Virus record (IMG/VR): IMGVR_UViG_3300032093_000041
Location: 1 to 64,000 of that record
Reading direction: 5' to 3' (one strand)
DNA: 64,000 bases
Source of the DNA: a virus
Both the position numbers and the translations under genes were made by a program. Positions 30,568 through 40,374 of this stretch are shown in pieces. Under the pieces are notes generated by a model. The model searched no databases and was not told the origin of the DNA. It was given only the letters and a program-made list of their open reading frames with translations. Each line of letters starts with the position of its first letter. Positions within the stretch are counted from its first letter, which is position 1.

Positions 30568-32925
30568 ATGCACTTCAGCAACTTTACTGAAAGTCGTGAC
30601 TTTACTGAAACTAACTACAAGTCACTTTCAGGTCAAATAAATGTAAACGAGGCTAAGGGCGTTGTTGAGTGCTTCGTTGCCGCTTTGGGAAACAAGGACA
30701 GTGTCGGCGACATTTGTCTACCAGGATGTTTTACCGAAAGCCTTAAGCGACGGAAGCCTCGTGTCGTATGGGGACATAACTGGAATGAGCCAATCGGCAA
30801 GGTTCTTGAAATATATGAGGTCGGGCCAAACGACCCGCGCCTCCCTCAGAAGATGAAGCAGAGGGGTGTTGGCGGCCTATTTGCCAAAGTGCAGTTTAAT
30901 CTTGGTGCAGAAAAAGGCAAAGAAGCATTTGCCAACGTAGCTTTTTTTGGTCTTGAGCAAGAGTGGTCAATAGGCTACAAAACCCTTGACGCAGTATATG
31001 ACAATGGCCAGCAGGCAAACCTTCTAAAAGAAGTAGAACTCTATGAGGTGTCTCCAGTACTCCACGGAGCAAACCAGCTAACTGCAACGCTGTCGATTAA
31101 GTCTGAGAACCAGAAGGATAATTATTCAGAAAAAGGTTCAAAATTAAAGGACCCCAGTGGTGGACTGACTGCTGCTGGTCGAGCACACTTTAAGCGCACG
31201 GAAGGTGCAAACCTGAAACCAGGAGTAAAAGGCCCAGCCAACACTCCTGAGAAGATGAGACGCAAAGGTTCGTTCCTGACGAGATTCTTTACAAACCCTT
31301 CTGGCCCAATGAAAGACGACAAAGGCAAGCCAACGAGACTGGCTCTATCTGCGGCAGCATGGGGTGAGCCTGTGCCGCAAGATAGGTCTGACGCCGCTGC
31401 TCTTGCAGCAAAGGGTCGTCGCCTTCTGGAAAGATACGAAAACTCGAAAGAAAAATCGCTTGACGCCGATGTTGATTCAAAAAACCATGCGTTGATTTAC
31501 GCACCACAGGCCGCAGGAATGTCAAATCCATCTTCCGGGAGAATGGGCGGACTTGCACGAGGCATAGGAATGCATTTCGGTGGCGAAGTCGTCATACGAA
31601 GCGCCGACGAAAACATGGTGGTATTCGACCTCGCTAAAGACGGAGCAACAGAAACCCTTAGGGCCAGTTACCACACCCCCAATGAGGTGGACTTCATGTT
31701 TGGCCCAGCAACCAAAGTGCGTCAAGAGGTTGTATACATTCCCGTTGACGGGTCAATGGGTAGCAGGGTGTCTGGCATAGATTTGCCATCAAAGCCGCAT
31801 GGCTGTGGTTGTGGAGGCTCCTGCGGGGGCGCAAAATCAGAATGCCAATGTGGTGGTTCTTGTGGCGGCTCTTGCTCGACAAATCAGATGAAATCATGGA
31901 ACGACTTTAAGTCTGATAATCCTGGCGTGCACTTGTTTATCAAGACAGCGGATATGGACATGTATCAAGCCGCTCAGGAAATAGGGTTTCATCACGGGTT
32001 TGATGTTGAGCTTCTGTCCGACGGCTTTGCTGTGCCAAACATTGACTGGTATGGCGAGGGCGCATCAGATGCACTTGTCACGGCAATGGATGGGATTGCA
32101 GAAAAGTTTGCTTTTGGCAGGAGTGCTAGGTCAACAGCAAAAAGAGCAAGAAAACTTGTAAAACCTTCTGTGTTTGACGGAGATGGTGACGGTTTCATGA
32201 CCGGCCGAGACGGTAGGGACAATATTCCATACAAGCCAAGAATGCCAAGGACTGACGAGCCAATCGAGATACCTGAAGAAATCCCGGTCCCAGAACCAAC
32301 TCGTATCCCTAAGCCAAATCCAGACAGAACGCCTTCTAGGCCAGCGCCGGCCCCAGCACCCTCTGTTCCTCAACCGCAGCGTCCTGCAGTCCCTGCTGGT
32401 AGACGTGACATGATGCCACGAATGCCGCGTACCGATGAGCCAATCGAGATTCCGGAAGAGATACCAGTACCAGAGCCAACTCGTATTCCTAAACCAAATC
32501 CGGACAGAACTCCATCTAGACCGACTCCAGCACCAGCCCCATCGGTTCCGCAGCCACAGCGCCCTGCGGTCCCAGCAGGACAGCGTCGCAGAGAAGAAAT
32601 ACGTAAACAGATGATGGAGCTGCTCCGCCGCCAGTACATGGCTTCACGAGGCAAAGCAGACACGTATGCCGTCTATATGACTGTTTCGGAAAATCACGAC
32701 ATCAATATAAAAAGTGCACAAAATGTCAATAGTCGTGACATTGACTCGTTGCTGCTTGAGATGCCAGTTGAGTACATCTACGAATTCAAGTCACTTATTG
32801 ACCCCGTAGCGGACTATCATCGAATTAGTGTTGTCGCCGTGGACTCTGGTCTGAAAATATTCGAGGCTTCAAAGTTGACAGTGGCAGCACTGGACGCAAT
32901 GAGCAACGTCGTTAGAGGCTGGTAG
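30568..32925 (+). CDS. HK97-type prohead protease with long multidomain C-terminal extension
   Basis: DSVGD..LPG.F, WGHNW..PIG, WSIGY, LYEVSPV..GAN; then a DUF6321-like domain, a Cys/Gly cluster and a 60-aa-period repeat. Confidence 0.9.
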   Translation: MHFSNFTESRDFTETNYKSLSGQINVNEAKGVVECFVAALGNKDSVGDICLPGCFTESLKRRKPRVVWGHNWNEPIGKVLEIYEVGPNDPRLPQKMKQRGVGGLFAKVQFNLGAEKGKEAFANVAFFGLEQEWSIGYKTLDAVYDNGQQANLLKEVELYEVSPVLHGANQLTATLSIKSENQKDNYSEKGSKLKDPSGGLTAAGRAHFKRTEGANLKPGVKGPANTPEKMRRKGSFLTRFFTNPSGPMKDDKGKPTRLALSAAAWGEPVPQDRSDAAALAAKGRRLLERYENSKEKSLDADVDSKNHALIYAPQAAGMSNPSSGRMGGLARGIGMHFGGEVVIRSADENMVVFDLAKDGATETLRASYHTPNEVDFMFGPATKVRQEVVYIPVDGSMGSRVSGIDLPSKPHGCGCGGSCGGAKSECQCGGSCGGSCSTNQMKSWNDFKSDNPGVHLFIKTADMDMYQAAQEIGFHHGFDVELLSDGFAVPNIDWYGEGASDALVTAMDGIAEKFAFGRSARSTAKRARKLVKPSVFDGDGDGFMTGRDGRDNIPYKPRMPRTDEPIEIPEEIPVPEPTRIPKPNPDRTPSRPAPAPAPSVPQPQRPAVPAGRRDMMPRMPRTDEPIEIPEEIPVPEPTRIPKPNPDRTPSRPTPAPAPSVPQPQRPAVPAGQRRREEIRKQMMELLRRQYMASRGKADTYAVYMTVSENHDINIKSAQNVNSRDIDSLLLEMPVEYIYEFKSLIDPVADYHRISVVAVDSGLKIFEASKLTVAALDAMSNVVRGW
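32236..32580 (+). repeat. Two in-frame 55-codon Pro-rich repeats (180-nt period)
   Basis: PRMPRTDEPIEIPEEIPVPEPTRIPKPNPDRTPSRP(A/T)PAPAPSVPQPQRPAVPAG at 32236-32400 and 32416-32580. Confidence 0.95.
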
Positions 32926-32927
32926 AA

Positions 32928-33131
32928 ATGTCTTCCAGATTCTCTCGTCCGAAGAAGAACGTCAGCCAGAATAAACCGCAAATAGGTTATTCTAAACCTG
33001 TAGACAATCAAAAAAAATCGTACAAGTATCACTGCATGGTCACGGGCGATAAACGCGCTCTTCCTTGTGGAGGATGCGTCAACCCTAAAGGTTGTTTATC
33101 AAATTCGATGCAGTACAAGGAGATGAAGTAA
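32928..33131 (+). CDS. Small Cys-rich basic protein
   Basis: YHC...PCGGC....GC; its stop overlaps the next start (TAATG). Confidence 0.6.
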   Translation: MSSRFSRPKKNVSQNKPQIGYSKPVDNQKKSYKYHCMVTGDKRALPCGGCVNPKGCLSNSMQYKEMK

Positions 33132-34582
33132 TGGCTGAGACACCAGTAGTAAAGCTTGACGCTGACGGTGAAGTGGTTCAGTGTGCCAAGGGCATGGACT
33201 CTGGCGAGTGTGGCTACACACCTGGAGCAAAGGTATGCGGTAAGTGCGGCGCTGTCGCACAGCAAATGAAGTCAGCTTCAATTGGAGGAATGATGGGCAT
33301 GGGTGGCGGACCTGCTGGCATGCCAGTCGCTACACCAATGCGCAAAAAGCCTCGCCCAATGGGTCCCCCAAGTCTTGACGACGAAGAGGACGATGACCTT
33401 GTTGGCATGGAAGGCATGGAAGAAGACGACATGATGGACGACGAAGACGACATGATGGATACCGAAGACGGCAAGATGATGGGTTACGACGACCTTGATG
33501 ATGATGAATCAGAAATGTACGTCCGCCGTGCGGCACCAAAGCGCAAGCGTAATGTTGTTGCCATGGAAGATGCTGACATGGAAGAAGACATGATGGAAGA
33601 AGAGGACGACATGGAAGACTCCATGATGGCCTCTCGCCAAAAGATGAGAAATCGTCGTCTTGGCAGCATGGGATACAAGTCATCCGAATTTGATAAAGAT
33701 GCATTCCTTTGCTCTTTCGACCGCAAGGTTTACCCAGGCGGTTCTCCTGTTTGTGATTCATGCCCTGGTGGATGTGTTCCAGAAGATGGAATGCCTTCTC
33801 TTCTTGAAGTTGAAGGAATGGCAGAAGACATGTTCAAGGGTAAAGTTCTTGACTCTGGCTACTCCGACGAAGCAGACCTATTTGTGGTTGACATTGAAAG
33901 AAAAGATGGCAAGCCAGTAGAGATTTTCTTCGATGGTTCATCTGGCGAAGTTATGGGATGGCACCTTTTGAACAGCGATTTAGTTGAAGTAAAGTCTGCG
34001 CTTGTAAATAAAGCAATGATTAGCTTTGGCGATGCTGCTGACATTGCGGTAAAGACAGTCACTGGTGACATCGTTGCTGTTGAACCAGACGTATTCGAAG
34101 GATACGACGTTTACGCAGTGGAGATTGACGGCATTAACGGCAAGTCCTACGACGTCTTCGTTTCACTCGATGGTGAAGTTCTTGGTTACGACGAGTACAC
34201 AATGGAAGAAGCAACAGAGATTGAAGCAGAAGCTGCCGAGATTGCTCTGAAGCGTGCTTACAGCGAGGACACTCGTAAGGCAATGTCAGACAAGGGTCAA
34301 GCCCTTCCTGATGGCTCTTACCCAATCGCCGACGAAGCTGACCTTCGCAACGCAATTCAGGCTTACGGCCGAGCAAAAGATAAAACAGCAGCCAAAGCGC
34401 ACATCATGAAGCGTGCAGTTGCTCTTGGTAAAGAAGACTTGATTCCAGTTTCATGGGTTTCAAAGGAAGACATTGAAAAAGCAAAGGCTGGAGAAAAGTC
34501 AGCAGATGACAATTTCTTATCAACGCTGATGGAATTTGAAATGCTCACCGTCGCCGAAGATACAGAAACAGAATCGGAGTAG
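33131..34582 (+). CDS. Acidic Cys-rich protein with two PepSY-like domains and a C-terminal ALPDGSYPI domain
   Basis: ATG 33131 with GGAG upstream; ISFGDAADIAVKTVTGDIVAVE...YAVEI...YDVFVSLDGEVL is PepSY-like, with a second copy upstream; D/E/M-rich tract. Confidence 0.7.
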   Translation: MAETPVVKLDADGEVVQCAKGMDSGECGYTPGAKVCGKCGAVAQQMKSASIGGMMGMGGGPAGMPVATPMRKKPRPMGPPSLDDEEDDDLVGMEGMEEDDMMDDEDDMMDTEDGKMMGYDDLDDDESEMYVRRAAPKRKRNVVAMEDADMEEDMMEEEDDMEDSMMASRQKMRNRRLGSMGYKSSEFDKDAFLCSFDRKVYPGGSPVCDSCPGGCVPEDGMPSLLEVEGMAEDMFKGKVLDSGYSDEADLFVVDIERKDGKPVEIFFDGSSGEVMGWHLLNSDLVEVKSALVNKAMISFGDAADIAVKTVTGDIVAVEPDVFEGYDVYAVEIDGINGKSYDVFVSLDGEVLGYDEYTMEEATEIEAEAAEIALKRAYSEDTRKAMSDKGQALPDGSYPIADEADLRNAIQAYGRAKDKTAAKAHIMKRAVALGKEDLIPVSWVSKEDIEKAKAGEKSADDNFLSTLMEFEMLTVAEDTETESE

Positions 34583-34584
34583 TA

Positions 34585-34836
34585 ATGAGAAAGCTTACGC
34601 CAGAGGAGCGCGAACAGCGCCGCGCAGGAAAAACAGAGACAGCACCTGTTGTTGAGGCACAAAAAATTGCCCCTATCGCAGAAGTTGAGCCTGATGCGGA
34701 AAAGGAAGAGGAAGCTCCCAAAAAGGAAAGCAAGCCTAAGAAAACGAAAGACGCAGCCGACGATGTTGACACACCAGCAAAACAAACAAAACCTGTCTTG
34801 TCTTTGTCACCGGAGCTTCCTAGGTCAGCTGAGTAA
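34585..34836 (+). CDS. Small charged hypothetical protein
   Basis: 83 aa, GGAG upstream. Confidence 0.55.
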   Translation: MRKLTPEEREQRRAGKTETAPVVEAQKIAPIAEVEPDAEKEEEAPKKESKPKKTKDAADDVDTPAKQTKPVLSLSPELPRSAE

Positions 34837-34856
34837 CAAGCACTGGTGGTACTCCA

Positions 34857-37800
34857 GTGCAGGATGATGTACTAAAAAACAAACTGCTAGGAATGGCATC
34901 TTCTAAAGATGCAAAACTAAGCACGGCTCCTTCTTCATCTTCTAAAAAAAATACAGACGATGAAGTCAAAAAAGAAGATAAACCAGAGAAGCCGTCTAAG
35001 GCTCAGTCTGAATACGAGCAGTTTTTAATTGACTGGGAGCCGTCAGACCCATTGCCGTTTTTCCCACCTGGAAAAATTATCAAGCTATGCCACCTAAGCA
35101 ATAACCCAATGGTTACTGGGTCGGACTATTACATAGACAACCCTGAAACAACTAAAAAAGCTTATAAACCTAATAAAAAAAGTATTGAAGAAGAGTTTTT
35201 AGAGGTTAAAAACCTTGGGCCAAAACTGAGTCGTGGTCTTTCTTCTCTTCTGGCAATGGTTGCTAGGTCTAGAGGGTTGTGGGTAGATGACAAAAATAAA
35301 TTGCGTTGTCCAGAAGGAACACCAGCTGCCAACCAATTTACAGACATAACCGGAAGTAACTGCTTTATACCTTCGCCGTCTGCCGCAGCGCAAAGTGGTG
35401 CTCGGGCAGCAAGAAGAGCATTTGGTACAGCAGAACAAATGGCAGCGGGCATGGGGCAACGTGTTGACCGCAGTCCATCTGGTCGCTCTAATGCTGCAGC
35501 AAGATATTCTCCTTCAGACTTGGCGATGCTTCAGGCAGGAATGGACATTGGCGGAAGAATGGCGATGCTAGGCGGAGCATCTCCAAGCTTGAGACAAACA
35601 CGAGGAACGGGAGGGGCATCCAAAACCGGTATGCCCATTTACTACATCGGCAAAAGAGAAGCGATAGCAAGAGGTAAGGACCTAACGCGCGCTGCGGCTG
35701 AATTAAAAAGACGATACTCGACAAGTGCGCAAGCTTCAGAGGCAATCGTTTACCCCCCTGGCTCACGGTTTGCAGGTCAACCAATTGGAGATGTTCTAAA
35801 TAAGGCTGACTTCATGAGGGCAATGGAAGAATTCATGCCCAATGTTGACCCCAATGAATTTTCTGAATACTTCGACAATGCAATTCCTGGTGTTTTGAGT
35901 CTTAACGACCGCAGAGCGTACGTGAGAATGTTCGAAGCTTTTTGGCAAGCAACAATTCAGCAGATGACCGAACAGCCAGACGCTTACAAAATCATCACAA
36001 CATTTGAGATGATGGATGACATTAACACTGCTGTAGAAATCCAGGTTGACCCGTTTTCCCCTAGTCCTCAAAGCGGAGGAAGACTGGCTGGTGTTGGTGC
36101 CATACAAATGGCTAGACAAGCTGGCCTTATGGCAGAAGGTGGCGCTCACGTAAGGTTCAAAATAAGCCCATTTGGCATGTGGCAGCAAGCCAATAATGTT
36201 GGGCGCAATATGGACAGCGACGGCTCTGGGTGGTGGGATAGCCGCGAGGGCAGGATGCATTACATCGCTGTTCATGAAACAGGCCACGTTGTCGACTTCT
36301 ATCAAAAACTGAAGGCTTTTGGATTAGACCCTAATGCTATGCAAAGATATACGGCTCCACAAAGAGTCGTTAACGTACCAGGTGCTGGTCCCTCTGTTCA
36401 GCAAGACAAATATAACGGCGCGTGGATAATTGACTGGTCACAAGTGTCGAATCCTATGAACAACCCGTTCATAGATGACATGATTCAAGCTGCTGCACGA
36501 CTAAAGGGCACCCAGTATACCGGTTCACGTTTTAGTGGCCGAAAAATAGACCTACAAGATGACATGAATGCTTTTTATGCAAACCTTGTTTGGGGCTTTC
36601 AAAACAACATAAACCACGACCCAAGCGACTTGCCACTTATGGCTGCGCTCGTTGGTGGCGCATATGCGACAGACTCCGGTGTAGAGACAAGAGCTGAGTA
36701 TTTTGTCTATAGGCGTTTATTTGGAGAACTAAGAGGAGCGCAATCAGCAACACCTGGTTTCAACCCTTTCAAAGACCAATTGCAGAGCGGTCCATTTGAC
36801 GCGACTCCAAGCGATATTGACTTGCGAACAACTTCCGCTAGAAAGAATCAGAGCAACAACCTGCTCACTCATTTCTTGGATGCATGGGCAACACAGGAAA
36901 GACAGAGAGCGTTAGAGCCTGGTGGAGCTTTGTATCAAATCATTCAGCAATTACCACCAGGGCAAGCCATACCGCAAAGCATTATTGAAGACTTTGAAAG
37001 AAACGTTGCCGCGGATACGTTGGCAAGACTGAACAAACTGGGGCAGGATGTTTTTGGTGTAGCCCCAAATCAATGGAACATCAGTGGTCGAATGGGGAAC
37101 ATCCAAGGCCCTTCGAGCAGACCACCATCACTTCATGCTCAAAGAGTAAGAACTGCTGTTCGCTCCAACAACATACGCACTACACGTGGCAAAAAGCAAC
37201 CCAGCGTCAGCTATGGAATAAGTGGTCGGATGGGAAACCCAGACCCAGTAAAACCACAGCGTCCTCGCGAACCAGACAACGGACCATTTACTGGAAAATT
37301 CCTGGATGTACTCCGTGGTTCATCTACGTGGAAACAATTTGCAAAAAAATACCGCGACCAAGAAGTTGTTTTCTTTGATTATGAGACCACCGGGTTTGGT
37401 GATGACGGCAACATGCCAGTGCAAATTGGCGCAGTAAAAATGAAGAATGGGAAAGTTGTTGAGCGTTTCAATGTCTTTGTAAACCCTGGAATACCGCTGG
37501 GTGATTGGGCCAAGAAGAATCTTAAAGACGACAAGGGGCAACCATTGACTGATGAATGGCTTGCTTCAAAAGCATCACTAAAAGAATCTCACGAAAAGCT
37601 ATTAGAGTTTTTTGGTGAAGATGCTTTACTGGGAGGTCAATACACTCCATTCGACCTAGAAGTTTTAGAACGAATACTTGGGCAGGTTGGCCTGGAGTAC
37701 AAACCGGCTGGGGTTATCGACTCAAAGGCAATGGCCGACGAAATACTGCCACGATGGACACCGGAAAACCCAGATGGTCCAACAATGATTGACCCAAAAA

Positions 37801-40028
37801 CTGGTGCTAAAAAAGGTTCTAATAGCCTTGGTCCTTTAGCAGAATACTTGGAAGTTGACCTGGGAGATGGTTGGCACACAGCCGATGCTGACTCTGAAGC
37901 GTCAGCAATGATTATTGAAAGAATGCTAGATAGAGCCGCATCAAGGCCAGACACACCAAGACGCATACTCGACGTTGACCAAGTGCCGCTAATTGTTCAG
38001 GAGCGCCGTGCCCAGTACGACAGAGACATGGCGGATTACTCAAAGAAAAAAGCCGAATACGACCAGTTAATCTCAGGACGCATGGGTGCTTCCCAGTTCG
38101 AGACAGCAAACGGTTCTGTATATACGCGCCAGCAAGATGGAACATTCCGCAGAAAAAAGAGCGCAATGCTCGGAACCACAATCGAAGACACCGACATAGA
38201 GTCAACATATGACAACACAGTATTTGTCGACGCTGATGATGCTTATTTGATTATGGCGCAGGGTCAAAGAGGCGCAATCATCGATAAAGATGGGGACCTA
38301 GTTGGTAGGCGATACGACGACACAGATTTGGACAGTGCAAAGTTCATGTCATTCCGCCGCGAGGGAGACGACTTCGATACTGCATATAAAAAAGCAGGTG
38401 GCACGGTTCAGGAAGAAAAAATACCAGCAGTTCGTATCAGCAGAGAACCGCAGAGCGGTTTAAAGCCAATTGAGTGGAACAACAAAGACAACAAATTTCA
38501 TGTCGGTAGCCCTGTTTCTTCGATAACCATGGAGACAAGCCAGCAAATATCTGGCAGGATGGGAAATCCTCAACGAGCATCTTTGGCAAAAACAGTGCAG
38601 GTTAAAGAGATGCTTGCCTCGACGAAAAGCTCTGTTGGTGCAGCAATGTCGGATGAGTACATTGATTCCTGGCCTGAAATTGAATCAAAGCTAAATCAAA
38701 GCGAAATCCTTGCTCGTAAGCCATTGACTAAATCAGAAGCCCGTCAAAGGACTAGAAGTGGAATTCAATGGTTTGCTAAAGCATTGCAAGATGCAATAGG
38801 TGGAGAAGGTAGAGACCCACAGCAAACAGTTATGTCGCCGTACTTAAGAGGCGTTGAGCTTGACTTCATGGCACACATAGCAGAAATGTCTGAAGATGAA
38901 CTTGAGCAAGAAGTAATTGATGCCATATCAGAGTTTCACGCCGGAATAGACCCTCGCCCGCATATTCAGGTATGGCAAGGGGACTTGACGCGCATTATTC
39001 AGAATGGCTACAAGACAACCCATCAGGTCGATAGTGACCACAGCAATAGTCCAATGAGAAAAGTCTATGAAGCAGAAATAGGCATACACCCCGACGTCCC
39101 TGACACAATGAGGCCAGCTTCTGGTTATATAGTTCATACAGATTGGCTCAACGCAGAAGACAAAGCTGCAGCAGATTTGGTACAGCTAGTCCCCGGCGCT
39201 GACCCTGAAGTCAATTTACCTGAATTCACTTCCCGAGGAAATGCGGAAACAATGCGCGGTCCTGTTCATGTATACGGCGGAGCTGAAGTTATATTACGCC
39301 CAGAAACTAGCGGAAGAACTTTTTATGGATATGGTGATTCACTGAGAACTAGGTTTACCCCTGCCAGCGTCGAGTCGGTCGACCCAGACGAAGTTGCTCG
39401 GTCGATTATTTTTGGTGGAACAACACCGGTAGAAAATATGCTCGATTTGCTTCATGGGAAATGGAAGGGTGACTATTCTTCTAGGCGCTATGAAGCAAAC
39501 AGCCCATCAAAAGAGTATTATGAAGCCCTCGTTGTTGGGGGATTTGATGCTGCCGACATAGAGGAAGTAATAATCCCTTCTCCAGAGGTAATCCCTGTTG
39601 AGGTGCTTTTTGAGTCAGAATCGTTGCCTGGGCAAAGAAACGAAGACAGAATTGCAAGGGGATACGACACGGACGCAACCATACCTTCTTTTTCAAAAAT
39701 GAAAGAATCTCAGTATTGGGTTGACAACGCCGGTGTAAGCGCCGAAGATGCCGAAATTATAGCTAGAGAAATAGCCAATAAAAAATTATTGTCCGTTGGT
39801 TCTAATGTTAATTTAGCCCGACTCCTTGCGGCAGAAAAAATCCGCAAACAACTTGAGGCTGCTGGAGCAAAAATGACAGTCCGCAACGATACGGGCGTGG
39901 ACTTCTTTAACCCAGACAGCTGGATTCAGGACATGAAAGACAAGTCAATGGAAGACGTTGCGGAGGCGCGTATGCGGCAAAGAATCATGTGGTCAATCAA
40001 AGACCAGCTAGCTAAGGCGACAGCATGA
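34857..40028 (+). CDS. Giant polyvalent protein 1: zincin (HETGH) | DEDDh exonuclease | unknown domain | DUF3626/ART-like
   Basis: HETGH 36273; FFDYETTG...FDL...HTADAD; RPASGY...YG...GDSL...YYEA; four exact ISGRMG motifs between domains. Confidence 0.8.
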   Translation: MQDDVLKNKLLGMASSKDAKLSTAPSSSSKKNTDDEVKKEDKPEKPSKAQSEYEQFLIDWEPSDPLPFFPPGKIIKLCHLSNNPMVTGSDYYIDNPETTKKAYKPNKKSIEEEFLEVKNLGPKLSRGLSSLLAMVARSRGLWVDDKNKLRCPEGTPAANQFTDITGSNCFIPSPSAAAQSGARAARRAFGTAEQMAAGMGQRVDRSPSGRSNAAARYSPSDLAMLQAGMDIGGRMAMLGGASPSLRQTRGTGGASKTGMPIYYIGKREAIARGKDLTRAAAELKRRYSTSAQASEAIVYPPGSRFAGQPIGDVLNKADFMRAMEEFMPNVDPNEFSEYFDNAIPGVLSLNDRRAYVRMFEAFWQATIQQMTEQPDAYKIITTFEMMDDINTAVEIQVDPFSPSPQSGGRLAGVGAIQMARQAGLMAEGGAHVRFKISPFGMWQQANNVGRNMDSDGSGWWDSREGRMHYIAVHETGHVVDFYQKLKAFGLDPNAMQRYTAPQRVVNVPGAGPSVQQDKYNGAWIIDWSQVSNPMNNPFIDDMIQAAARLKGTQYTGSRFSGRKIDLQDDMNAFYANLVWGFQNNINHDPSDLPLMAALVGGAYATDSGVETRAEYFVYRRLFGELRGAQSATPGFNPFKDQLQSGPFDATPSDIDLRTTSARKNQSNNLLTHFLDAWATQERQRALEPGGALYQIIQQLPPGQAIPQSIIEDFERNVAADTLARLNKLGQDVFGVAPNQWNISGRMGNIQGPSSRPPSLHAQRVRTAVRSNNIRTTRGKKQPSVSYGISGRMGNPDPVKPQRPREPDNGPFTGKFLDVLRGSSTWKQFAKKYRDQEVVFFDYETTGFGDDGNMPVQIGAVKMKNGKVVERFNVFVNPGIPLGDWAKKNLKDDKGQPLTDEWLASKASLKESHEKLLEFFGEDALLGGQYTPFDLEVLERILGQVGLEYKPAGVIDSKAMADEILPRWTPENPDGPTMIDPKTGAKKGSNSLGPLAEYLEVDLGDGWHTADADSEASAMIIERMLDRAASRPDTPRRILDVDQVPLIVQERRAQYDRDMADYSKKKAEYDQLISGRMGASQFETANGSVYTRQQDGTFRRKKSAMLGTTIEDTDIESTYDNTVFVDADDAYLIMAQGQRGAIIDKDGDLVGRRYDDTDLDSAKFMSFRREGDDFDTAYKKAGGTVQEEKIPAVRISREPQSGLKPIEWNNKDNKFHVGSPVSSITMETSQQISGRMGNPQRASLAKTVQVKEMLASTKSSVGAAMSDEYIDSWPEIESKLNQSEILARKPLTKSEARQRTRSGIQWFAKALQDAIGGEGRDPQQTVMSPYLRGVELDFMAHIAEMSEDELEQEVIDAISEFHAGIDPRPHIQVWQGDLTRIIQNGYKTTHQVDSDHSNSPMRKVYEAEIGIHPDVPDTMRPASGYIVHTDWLNAEDKAAADLVQLVPGADPEVNLPEFTSRGNAETMRGPVHVYGGAEVILRPETSGRTFYGYGDSLRTRFTPASVESVDPDEVARSIIFGGTTPVENMLDLLHGKWKGDYSSRRYEANSPSKEYYEALVVGGFDAADIEEVIIPSPEVIPVEVLFESESLPGQRNEDRIARGYDTDATIPSFSKMKESQYWVDNAGVSAEDAEIIAREIANKKLLSVGSNVNLARLLAAEKIRKQLEAAGAKMTVRNDTGVDFFNPDSWIQDMKDKSMEDVAEARMRQRIMWSIKDQLAKATA

Positions 40029-40348
40029 AAAAGGTATTGGTTGGGAAAACTGGAGACGGAGGCAAGCTCTACTTTGTCATAGGCGGCAAGACAGACGGCA
40101 TTTATCAAACCAGAAACAGAATGACTGAAATCAGTTTTTGGGATTTTGTTGACAAAAGACCAGATTTAGAAGAACTAACAATAACCAAAACACAGAAAAT
40201 GCTCTGGTCAAGAAATGTCTCAAATGCGGAGTGGGTTTCCCGCTTTATGCCACCGCAATGGAGGGTTAGCGAGGATGAAAACCCATACAACCTCAAAGTG
40301 AGTCGCGCATTAGATACAATAAGAACTACGACAGATTATCTGTTCTAG
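40025..40348 (+). CDS. Small protein coupled to giant 1 (candidate immunity)
   Basis: ATGA overlap with upstream stop; 107 aa. Confidence 0.6.
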   Translation: MKKVLVGKTGDGGKLYFVIGGKTDGIYQTRNRMTEISFWDFVDKRPDLEELTITKTQKMLWSRNVSNAEWVSRFMPPQWRVSEDENPYNLKVSRALDTIRTTTDYLF

Positions 40349-40374
40349 AATTAGCCCTGCCGCAAGGATACCTA

